From a virus (Duplodnaviria > Heunggongvirae > Uroviricota > Caudoviricetes), in IMG/VR virus record IMGVR_UViG_3300020050_015720: a DNA stretch of 33,082 nucleotides. The stretch is one strand, 5' to 3'. The number at the start of each line of letters is the position of its first letter. Position 1 is the first letter of the stretch. Below, piece after piece: positions 1-7,179 of the stretch. The notes below the pieces were generated by a model. The model saw only the letters and a program-made list of their open reading frames with translations. It searched no databases and had not been told where the DNA came from. The position numbers were made by a program, and so were the translations under genes.

Positions 1-1
1 C

Positions 2-94
2 TTTGGAGCCAATAAGAGCAAACAATTGTTTACATGCTATGTCGGCTGAAATGTCGTTGTCTTGTGAGATGTTGAAATAGAGTACGATGTCCAT
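2..94 (-). CDS. Hypothetical protein, 5' part only (runs off the window edge)
   Basis: ATG at 94-92 with the same ATCATG context as neighbouring genes; open to the edge (MDIVLYFNISQDNDISADIACKQLFALIGSK...). Confidence 0.5.
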   Translation of the reverse strand, partial: MDIVLYFNISQDNDISADIACKQLFALIGSK

Positions 95-110
95 GATGAA
101 AGGTTTATGA

Positions 111-143
111 TAGCCAGATTCCTCTATGGGATTTTATACTGGC
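111..143. repeat. Intergenic repeat A, copy 1 (TAGCCAGATT...GATTTTATACTGGC)
   Basis: Near-identical to 358-393; GCCAG/CTGGC inverted ends and an inner hairpin. Confidence 0.85.
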
Positions 144-148
144 TGTTA

Positions 149-331
149 TTATGAATTTTTTAGGCGGGCTTGTGTCATCTCGGTGATAATTCGAGTTGTT
201 TCAGCTTGTAGGGCTGTAATTATGGCTCTTTGTTTGTCATAATCGTACCTATCAAACACGCCCATAAATTGATCTGCTATGTATAGAGACCACAGGTTAT
301 TTTCTTTTGAATGTTCCCAGCGGATGCGCAT
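149..331 (-). CDS. Hypothetical protein (60 aa)
   Basis: ORF track; ATG preceded by repeat B; ends TAA. Confidence 0.7.
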   Translation of the reverse strand: MRIRWEHSKENNLWSLYIADQFMGVFDRYDYDKQRAIITALQAETTRIITEMTQARLKNS

Positions 332-356
332 GATTTTAGAATTTTAAAAGTGAATA
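329..356. repeat. Intergenic repeat B, copy 1 (28 bp, includes start codon; minus strand TATTCACTTTTAAAATTCTAAAATCATG)
   Basis: Exact match to 613-640. Confidence 0.9.
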
Positions 357-357
357 T

Positions 358-393
358 TAGCCAGATTCTCTAAGAATGAGATTTTATACTGGC
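358..393. repeat. Intergenic repeat A, copy 2
   Basis: Matches 111-143 with a varied inner hairpin (CC..GG versus CTC..GAG on the minus strand). Confidence 0.85.
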
Positions 394-402
394 CTTGGTT
401 AT

Positions 403-615
403 TTAATACAGGACTTCTAATACCCTTGCAAGTACTGCCATGTGTTTTTGTGCATCTGGCATGTCGCATGTTTTTATCACTAACTGGTGATAGGCAGGGT
501 CTTGTTGGCACCTTGCCACGACCTTTCGGTAATCTTCCGCTGCTTTTAACGCGCTTGGTTTGTCTGGATATTGCGCCTTTAAGCTGTTTTTTAATTGTTC
601 GCTTGTGATTCCCAT
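403..615 (-). CDS. Hypothetical protein (70 aa)
   Basis: ORF track; ATG preceded by repeat B; ends TAA. Confidence 0.7.
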   Translation of the reverse strand: MGITSEQLKNSLKAQYPDKPSALKAAEDYRKVVARCQQDPAYHQLVIKTCDMPDAQKHMAVLARVLEVLY

Positions 616-640
616 GATTTTAGAATTTTAAAAGTGAATA
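613..640. repeat. Intergenic repeat B, copy 2
   Basis: Exact match to 329-356. Confidence 0.9.
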
Positions 641-672
641 GGGTAGGGAATATGGGGCAAGGGCTATATTTT

Positions 673-1164
673 TTAGATTTTTGCAGAAACTTCAGCAATG
701 TGTGCTTGTGCGAATGCCATTAATTGTTCCGTTGTCACGTCACTTTGAGGACGCAAAGATAGCCAAAGACTACCAGCATTCTTGCCAGAAGTTATTTCGC
801 CCGTTGTGCCAATAAGTACGGCTTTATCACCGTCTGCAAAAGCGGCTGCCGTGTGTGCGTGCATTTTGGTTTTGAATTGGTATGCTCCAACTTTTACCTC
901 TGCAATTCCCGTCAACTGGAAATTGTTGGGTTTTACTTGTGGTACGTCCTTATTCGGGCCACCCATACTCACACGGGCAACGGGTAAGCCTGAACAGGTG
1001 AATGAAAGAAGCGTAACTTCTTGGGTTGGTTTGGACTCAAATGATTTTGCAGCGTCTTGGTTTGCAAGCGGTGCCCGCTCGAAACCCTCAGATGGGCCTT
1101 TAATCCCAGTACCGTATTTTAGTATGTCTGCCACCGTTTCGGGTGCGAAACTTATATTTGCCAT
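673..1164 (-). CDS. Hypothetical protein (~163 aa, MANISFAPETV...)
   Basis: ORF track 673-1176; ATG at 1164 has the shared ATCATG context. Confidence 0.75.
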   Translation of the reverse strand: MANISFAPETVADILKYGTGIKGPSEGFERAPLANQDAAKSFESKPTQEVTLLSFTCSGLPVARVSMGGPNKDVPQVKPNNFQLTGIAEVKVGAYQFKTKMHAHTAAAFADGDKAVLIGTTGEITSGKNAGSLWLSLRPQSDVTTEQLMAFAQAHIAEVSAKI

Positions 1165-1548
1165 GATAAACAACAATATAATTTGTTCCTTGCTTGTCCC
1201 ACCGGATAACGCAAAGAGTCGTTTGATTGGCCGAAATTGACCGGATTAACCCGAAACTATCTACTTTCGGCTAAAGTAGTACATATATATATAGGTGTAA
1301 GATCGTTACACCATAATAACAGGCAGGAAAAAAATATTGCAAAAGCAAAAAGCAAAACAATAGACCCCTACCCCATTTGTTCCGTCAAAAGCGAAGCGGG
1401 GGTAGTTTGTTGGGGGGCAGACAAGGATATGCGCTCTGGGTAAACAAAGGTAGGCGTTCTTATACTTTAGAGTAAACAGCCCTACCCCCTTTTTCCTCAC
1501 ACAGATTCGATGGGGGGCTATTTTTCCTGAAAATATATTGCCTTTTCC

Positions 1549-1579
1549 TTGCATCCACGTATTTATTGTCGTATCTTTG
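1549..1579 (+). promoter_or_regulatory. Bacteroidota primary-sigma promoter (-33 TTG, 20-nt spacer, -7 TATCTTTG) upstream of tRNA-Ile
   Basis: TTG 1549-1551; TATCTTTG 1572-1579 matches the TAnnTTTG consensus. Confidence 0.8.
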
Positions 1580-1618
1580 TAGCTCCTCGATAGAGGAATA
1601 CAAATTATTTGTACCACT

Positions 1619-1780
1619 GGCGGGATAGCTTAGCGCCGTTGTCTGATAAAGCGGTCAATGCTTTCATAAGTATATCGGTATTAAGGCCTTAGAAAGATTC
1701 TAGACTCTATTTCTAAGAGGCAAGGTTAAAGCACCACTCTTATATGGTGGAGATCGTAGGTTCGAATCCTACTCCCGCAA
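1619..1780 (+). tRNA. trnI: tRNA-Ile(UAU) with ~88-nt structured insertion in the D-loop
   Basis: Acceptor GCGGGA 1620-25/TCCCGC 1773-78 (first pair imperfect), A73; D-stem GCTT 1628-31/AAGC 1729-32; anticodon stem CCACT/GGTGG with loop CTTATAT (TAT 1741-43); variable AGATC; T-arm GTAGG-TTCGAAT-CCTAC; CCA not encoded. Confidence 0.8.
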
Positions 1781-1961
1781 CGAAAAAAAATTTAACATGA
1801 ATAATAAACTTATTAATATTGTGGGCGACTACGCATGAGCAAATCCTGACGTAGACTTCAACACCATCCTAGAACGACTCTCACTCACCAGAAAAGTTCT
1901 ATTCGCAAATAGGTATAGTACAAGTAAGGAAACTACGTTCACGGATAACAAAATTAATAGT

Positions 1962-2298
1962 ATGAAAGTAATAGTAGCAGGGTCCAGATCGTTTGACGAC
2001 CAGGCGTTAATGGATACACCAAATAAAGTCTTTTGGATTAGAGGAAATAGTTTCAGGACATGCCAAAGGAGCTGATTCTCTTGGAGAACAAGCAGCAGCT
2101 AATCAGGATATAAAACTTAAGATATTCCCAGCTAATTGGAATCTTCATGGAAAGGCTGCCGGACACATTAGAAATAGAGAGATGGCAAATTATGCGGATG
2201 CTGCCATAGTTTTCTGGGATGGTAAGTCGTCTGGATCTAGGAATATGATTGAAGAGATGGTTTCAATAAAGAAACCAGTACTTATAGTGTCATTTTAA
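1962..2298 (+). pseudogene. SLOG/DUF2493 (YspA-like) protein split by a +1 frameshift near 2031-2034
   Basis: MKVIVAGSRSFDD in one frame; EIVSGHAKGADSLGE...GKAAGHIRNREMA...IVFWDGKSSGSRNMI in the +1 frame; absent from the ORF track. Confidence 0.75.
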
Positions 2299-2371
2299 CT
2301 CTCAAGGAGAAAAGTAAATATGAAATTTAAGGGCTACAACACAGTCTTGAAGAAGACTATAGAATGGGATA

Positions 2372-2644
2372 ATGGAACTAAAGGATAATTTTAAAAGCAG
2401 ACTTATCTACCCCTTACCAAATAAGCGCACTTCTATTGAGGTATATATGGAGCATGAAGATAGGTATTATTTTTGTGGTTGGAATCCATATGATGAGAAG
2501 AAGTATGATAAAGGATATAAACCTGGAGAAGGGTATTTAGGAACAGCTAAGGTCACACAAGGACAGTTTAAAGGTATTGGTTTTCACGCTTGGCAACAAA
2601 ATAACTCAGAGTTTATTTATTATAGAATATTAGATAATGTTTAA
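2372..2644 (+). CDS. Hypothetical protein
   Basis: ORF track; part of a tightly packed operon. Confidence 0.65.
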   Translation: MELKDNFKSRLIYPLPNKRTSIEVYMEHEDRYYFCGWNPYDEKKYDKGYKPGEGYLGTAKVTQGQFKGIGFHAWQQNNSEFIYYRILDNV

Positions 2645-2909
2645 ATTTATAAAGAAAATGATTACAGAAGTTTGTGGATATAGAGATTCGTCAGGTAAGT
2701 TTCATTCTACAAAGGCAGAGGCTATCATCTCAGATATCGCTTTTGATACTTGGAAGAAAGAGTATGTTCCAGGTTCTAGTTCTTATAATAGGCCTAAAGT
2801 TAGTGAATATGAGGCTCTTTTAAGGGGCATGCTAAGACCTGAGTATAAGGAGATGTTATTAGATCTTATATCTTCTATATCCGATGAAAAAACTTGTAAA
2901 CCTTGTTAA
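2637..2909 (+). CDS. Hypothetical protein (paralogue of 3424-3726)
   Basis: ORF track; overlaps upstream stop; N-terminal ITEVCGYRDSSGKFHSTKAEA motif. Confidence 0.7.
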   Translation: MFKFIKKMITEVCGYRDSSGKFHSTKAEAIISDIAFDTWKKEYVPGSSSYNRPKVSEYEALLRGMLRPEYKEMLLDLISSISDEKTCKPC

Positions 2910-2910
2910 T

Positions 2911-3054
2911 ATGAGAGAAGAACTAATAGATGAACTAATAAGATTACTTATAGATTTTTTAAAATCTGAAGAAGATCCACTGACCTTTCTATATGAAGGA
3001 GAGGGACAAATTTCAGTTAATAGAATAATGGAATGGATAGCAGAAAAGAACTAG
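2911..3054 (+). CDS. Small hypothetical protein (47 aa, MREELIDELIRLLIDFLKS...)
   Basis: Manually translated; fills the gap between adjacent ORFs. Confidence 0.6.
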   Translation: MREELIDELIRLLIDFLKSEEDPLTFLYEGEGQISVNRIMEWIAEKN

Positions 3055-3057
3055 AAG

Positions 3058-3246
3058 ATGGTAACACAGGACAGATCTAAGATAAATTGGAATAAGCCAG
3101 TTAGGATTGTACTAGATGGTAAAGTTATAACTGTAAAGAGGTATGGATATGCTTATTTTAGCTATGATCCAAAGGAACCTTGGCGTATAGGAGATTTTTT
3201 AATAGAAGAAAAACATATTACACATGTCGAACAAGATCAAGACTAA
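3058..3246 (+). CDS. Hypothetical protein
   Basis: ORF track; operon packing. Confidence 0.65.
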   Translation: MVTQDRSKINWNKPVRIVLDGKVITVKRYGYAYFSYDPKEPWRIGDFLIEEKHITHVEQDQD

Positions 3247-3442
3247 GGCTAATCTATACGAAATTGAGTTAGGGGAGCAGCTTCCTCACAAGGATTATCA
3301 GTGGAGAGTCTATATGGATGGTGACGAGATCTTAGTAAAGGATCCGTTCTATAGGTTTCAGGCCGTAGATTTAAGGCACGCTATTCAGCTTATATCAAAA
3401 ACTATTTATAAAGGTAATATAAAATGTATAACAAAGAAATAA
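3224..3442 (+). CDS. Hypothetical protein
   Basis: ORF track; overlaps both neighbours. Confidence 0.65.
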   Translation: MSNKIKTKANLYEIELGEQLPHKDYQWRVYMDGDEILVKDPFYRFQAVDLRHAIQLISKTIYKGNIKCITKK

Positions 3443-3726
3443 CGCCAGTCTGTGGTGTCTACGATAGGAATGGTAGATTTCATACAACACAGGATGAGGC
3501 ATTAAAGGCTAACTATAGGGAAGACGTCCAGGATTGGAAGAACCTAGTAGCAAAAACCCTTATTGTACGGGGCCACTTTGGTTATGTGGAGTTGGCAGAT
3601 AATCCTGAAACACTAAGAGCGTTAGCGGACGCTCATCCTAGATACGGTAAGAAAAAAGAGAATTCACACTTAAAGCCCAGGGTAATATGTCCACCACAGA
3701 CGAACTCTTTTATGAACTCCCTCTAG
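3424..3726 (+). CDS. Hypothetical protein (paralogue of 2637-2909)
   Basis: ORF track; ITPVCGVYDRNGRFHTTQDEA motif. Confidence 0.7.
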   Translation: MYNKEITPVCGVYDRNGRFHTTQDEALKANYREDVQDWKNLVAKTLIVRGHFGYVELADNPETLRALADAHPRYGKKKENSHLKPRVICPPQTNSFMNSL

Positions 3727-3932
3727 CTCTACACAAGAAGAATAAGCCACAGGAATTGGCTTATCTAAATGTGACAAAGGAAGGTACACAGATTGTGTTA
3801 AAATACACTAATGTTTTAGAGCAGGATATAGTGAAGGTGTATGGAAATAGCATGGAAATCGTGTTTGAGGCTGCTTTATTTCAGCTTGAAGAACCAGATT
3901 TTAGGCAAAAATACACTCTAATTTACACTTAA
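3687..3932 (+). CDS. Hypothetical protein
   Basis: ORF track. Confidence 0.65.
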   Translation: MSTTDELFYELPLALHKKNKPQELAYLNVTKEGTQIVLKYTNVLEQDIVKVYGNSMEIVFEAALFQLEEPDFRQKYTLIYT

Positions 3933-3976
3933 AAATAGATAGGGCTATAAAAAAAAACTTTTTTTTGCCAAAAAAC

Positions 3977-4007
3977 TTGACATTTGTTTTTAAATGTTGT
4001 ATCTTTG
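3977..4007 (+). promoter_or_regulatory. Bacteroidota-type promoter
   Basis: TTG 3977-79, 20-nt spacer, TATCTTTG 4000-4007. Confidence 0.85.
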
Positions 4008-4025
4008 TGGTAAATTACAAATAAG

Positions 4026-4277
4026 TTGATTTACTTCATTGTTACCGAGGATTATCAATATATGAAAATAGGTTTCTCCAAAGACCCAGCAAGAAGATTA
4101 AGAGGTCTTCAAACAGGATGTCCCTACAGATTACGTATATTGTTCACTATTCCGGGTTCTAAAGAACTTGAAGCACACTTACACACAGTTTATCATAATT
4201 ATAGAATTAATGGTGAATGGTTTCAAATTGAACCGTCCCTCTTACATTCAGTTTATGAACATATTACTGCCAATTAG
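4026..4277 (+). CDS. GIY-YIG superfamily T5orf172/MUG113-like protein
   Basis: IYFI...MKIGFSKDPARRLRGLQTGCP...E..LH..Y...RINGEWF motifs; TTG start. Confidence 0.85.
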   Translation: MIYFIVTEDYQYMKIGFSKDPARRLRGLQTGCPYRLRILFTIPGSKELEAHLHTVYHNYRINGEWFQIEPSLLHSVYEHITAN

Positions 4278-4664
4278 TAATTTACAGCAACCTGTAGAAC
4301 TAGACTACAGATCAGCCCTCAGACATCAATGCAAAAAATAGTCCTGGGTTCAGACGTCGGGTTATAACTGCGAAGAGCAGCCAATTGTCCCCGATAGTTG
4401 CGAAAATATCTAAAAGAAATAGAGTTGTTAGTATCATAAGTGTTCTAGTAGGGCACATTATTTTCGCTTATGTGGGGTAACCTCTCCTAAAAAAGAGGTA
4501 GGACTGCTAACTTCTAAGTCTTTAGATAAATGCCAAAACCGTTTTTCGCCCTGGAAAACGGTAGGGCATAGCTATGTCTTCCCCTGAGCTCACCTACCGC
4601 TCATCCCCAGCGGGGAACTTGAGCGAAAAAAATTAACATTTTTTAGAAAATAATTACTAATTTA

Positions 4665-4696
4665 TTTGGATTTGGCTCAATTATGTTGTATCTTTG
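4665..4696 (+). promoter_or_regulatory. Bacteroidota-type promoter
   Basis: TTTG 4665-68, 20-nt spacer, TATCTTTG 4689-96; ATG at 4714. Confidence 0.85.
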
Positions 4697-4713
4697 TACT
4701 AAATTAAGTTTAT

Positions 4714-5079
4714 ATGAGAATGAATATAACAGCTTCTACTACAGAAGACTACTACTATAGGGCTCTAAAGCTTATATCTTACGGAGCACCTAAAGGCAAG
4801 AATCTGTTAGATTCAGAAGCTGCGCTACTAGCTAAGTTCTTGGACTTACCTCCAAAGGAAAGGTATTATCCCTTCTCTACAAAGGCTAGAAAGATGATAG
4901 CGGCACTCTATGTACCTACTGTTACTAAACAGGCTCTCTCTCAGAAGATCACTTCTATGGTGAATAAAGGGTATTTGATTAGGGATGAGGATAATTTTAT
5001 AGACTTTAATCCAGTTATAAAGAAACTACTGAAGCATGAAGATTTACGAATTGACCTACTCTATAGACCCGCTGATTAA
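4714..5079 (+). CDS. Hypothetical protein, possible C-terminal winged helix
   Basis: ORF track; LSQKITSMVNKGYLIRDEDNFIDFNP resembles a wHTH recognition helix and wing. Confidence 0.6.
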   Translation: MRMNITASTTEDYYYRALKLISYGAPKGKNLLDSEAALLAKFLDLPPKERYYPFSTKARKMIAALYVPTVTKQALSQKITSMVNKGYLIRDEDNFIDFNPVIKKLLKHEDLRIDLLYRPAD

Positions 5080-5389
5080 AGAAACAGCAGAAGCCCTAAA
5101 TCTGCCTATAGATGTGGTACACAAGGTAATTATGTTCGAAGGGCATATTATAAATGAGAATTATAAAACCTGGAAGTATGTAGGATTCAGACTAGAGGAC
5201 CTCGGATCGCTGTACTTAAAACCTCACCTTTTTAACAAGGCTATGAGAACAATGATAAATAAGGCGAGAAGGTTTCCAGATGGGTCTTATAAGAAGTTAT
5301 TAGCTAACGCCTGGAAGTTGAGACACCAGGTCTATGAATATAGAAAATCACGAAAATTTAGGGAACGATTTGGTTCCTGGCACACATAA
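5036..5389 (+). CDS. Divergent HU/IHF-like DNA-binding protein (start uncertain)
   Basis: LIKETAEALNLPIDVVHKVI...FRLEDLGSLYLK pattern; IHF-like genes are typical near crAss-like capsid modules. Confidence 0.5.
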   Translation: MKIYELTYSIDPLIKETAEALNLPIDVVHKVIMFEGHIINENYKTWKYVGFRLEDLGSLYLKPHLFNKAMRTMINKARRFPDGSYKKLLANAWKLRHQVYEYRKSRKFRERFGSWHT

Positions 5390-5394
5390 GATAT

Positions 5395-5619
5395 ATGTCA
5401 ACATCAGCAAAGTATAATAGAGCACTATCAGATATGCAGTATATGATGCAGCAGCATCAGCTTCATCTTACTACAATACAGACTCTAACAATTCTCTTAG
5501 AGAAGATTCAAGCAGATCCTGAACTTAAGGATCTAAAGCTTCTTACTGCAAAGGCTCTAATGGACCATATTAAACCTCTCACTAAATCTCCTATAGAACA
5601 AAATGAAATTATTGGGTAA
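5395..5619 (+). CDS. Hypothetical protein
   Basis: ORF track. Confidence 0.65.
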   Translation: MSTSAKYNRALSDMQYMMQQHQLHLTTIQTLTILLEKIQADPELKDLKLLTAKALMDHIKPLTKSPIEQNEIIG

Positions 5620-5959
5620 TAGGATTCTAATTCAATTAGATAAAGAAGATTCAAATACAACACTACCTTCTGGTATTGAAGTCCCATTCGTGAAGTTTGA
5701 AGAGACTGATGGGGGTAAGTTAAAGGCTAGGGTAACTAACGAGCCCTATTTAGCTCAGGGTACCGTGATAGATATATCCGACTATGCTCTGAAGCTTCTA
5801 AAAGATGAAGGCTACACGCTAGCTGTTGGTGATAGAGTATTGGTTAATCCGATGTCAGTTTCACCTAATTATCAATTTTTCACTGATCGATCATCAAAGG
5901 TCTTATTGTTCGATGGTAAGATCTCTATACCTACCTCGCATTTAGAGGCAATAATTTAA
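5603..5959 (+). CDS. groES: GroES-like co-chaperonin
   Basis: MKLLGNRILIQ...TTLPSGIEVP (mobile loop)...QGTVIDIS...LAVGDRVLV. Confidence 0.8.
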   Translation: MKLLGNRILIQLDKEDSNTTLPSGIEVPFVKFEETDGGKLKARVTNEPYLAQGTVIDISDYALKLLKDEGYTLAVGDRVLVNPMSVSPNYQFFTDRSSKVLLFDGKISIPTSHLEAII

Positions 5960-5963
5960 TTAT

Positions 5964-6263
5964 ATGGCAAAGGTTTATAACGCAAACAAACAAGCACAGA
6001 TTTCTAAGGTAGCTAAATTAGAGCAGGAGCTTGCTCTTACAAAAGAACAGGCTGCGCAGCTAAAGAATGTAGCTCAAGAATCTGTAAATAGGCTGCTTTT
6101 TATTGAGAGCAAGCTATCTCCACAACTACTTCGTAAGGTTAACTTTTGGAATGTTCTATTCCACTGGAAAGAAGTGGTAGCTATTATCGAGGAAATAATC
6201 TTATTGATTAAGAAGTTCAGGGAGTCTCTCCAAGCTAAACCAGTTGATGACGCTAATCAATAG
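5964..6263 (+). CDS. Hypothetical coiled-coil protein
   Basis: ORF track. Confidence 0.7.
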   Translation: MAKVYNANKQAQISKVAKLEQELALTKEQAAQLKNVAQESVNRLLFIESKLSPQLLRKVNFWNVLFHWKEVVAIIEEIILLIKKFRESLQAKPVDDANQ

Positions 6264-6744
6264 TTTTGATATCTCCAGAGATTTTCATGCCTCTAATCCA
6301 ATGGTGGCGATAGTACTTCCGCCTACTAAGGAAATAGAATCAAAATATTTATGAGCGCTATTCTTATACGCGCACCCTGATTCTAAACTCTATGAACTCT
6401 CTCCACTAGAGAGAAGATCATTGATAGAACAGGATTTCCTAGAAAGAGATCCCTCATTCTCTTGGGATGATTATACTGAGCTCTTAACTCTTATTGAGGA
6501 AAAGGTTCTAACAAAAGCTGAGCGTGCTCTAATGCGCTGGGAAAAAACTCTCCACGAAAGAGATGATTTCATAGCTTCTGTTCCTTATAATGAAACAACG
6601 TATGAGATGAAGGATAAGTTATTAGCAAATACACCCAAACTTTGGGATCAGTATGAGTCTATTTCAGAGAAGCTCTTGAAAGAAAGACAAGCTAAAACAC
6701 ATGGAGACATTGAAGAATCTCTAGCTGAAAAGGGAGATATATAA
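6247..6744 (+). CDS. Conserved crAss-like hypothetical protein (165 aa, with TGA 6352-54 read as Trp)
   Basis: ATG 6247 is in frame with track ORF 6421-6744; reads SKYL(W)ALFLYAHPDSKLY across the TGA. Confidence 0.8.
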
Positions 6745-6794
6745 TTTATAGGGTGGGGACTTTAGGTCTGTGGATTCATAATCCTACCACTCAC

Positions 6795-7055
6795 GGGGAT
6801 GCCTGGCTTTGATTAGGATCGGCGCATCGAAATTAGGACTCAGGTCGTCATTGACGTTAAACACTTTTAAATATAAATGACAACTCATTTGAGCCCGCAC
6901 TTTTAGTGCCAAAGAACTCTACCCGCTTTGTTCCTCAAGAGGTAGAAATTGAAGTAGTTAGTACAGTTTACGCTTAGATAGCAATATCTTAAAACCTGTA
7001 ATACTGTCCTATTTTGATGGATTCTAAAACGCGAGTTCGACTCTCGCCATCTCCA
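6795..7055 (+). ncRNA. ssrA: tmRNA (compact, ~261 nt)
   Basis: Acceptor GGGGATG/CATCTCC with G3-U70 wobble and A73; T-arm GCGAG-TTCGACT-CTCGC; TATAAATG resume motif; tag ORF 6879-6977. Confidence 0.9.
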
Positions 7056-7179
7056 AGCGAAATATCATAGATAAACTAGCGCCACACTATTATATGTGGA
7101 ATATATTACCTGGGACCTTTGGGGGCACCGCTGTAAAGTAGGGCCCCTACCCCCAGGCACTCATTTTGAGTTTTAACAC

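Noticed and set aside
111-640. CRISPR mini-array interpretation of the left-end repeats
   Set aside because: The spacers are whole genes of 180-210 nt, the repeats come in two different types, and one includes start codons.
1445-1476. Minus-strand host-type promoter (TACCTTTG at 1452-1445) for the left-end genes
   Set aside because: The -33 position reads TTTA rather than TTG, and it lies ~280 nt from the first start codon; support is too weak.
426-1617. Track ORFs 426-608+, 782-1240+, 1237-1443+ and 1306-1617-
   Set aside because: These are antisense shadows of real genes or low-complexity frames across the divergence region, with no recognisable motifs or start context.
4598-4632. Terminator call for the CGCTCA...TGAGCG hairpin
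   Set aside because: It is followed by an A-run on the plus strand, and the U-run precedes the stem on the minus strand, so it fits neither orientation; it is kept as part of the structured tract.
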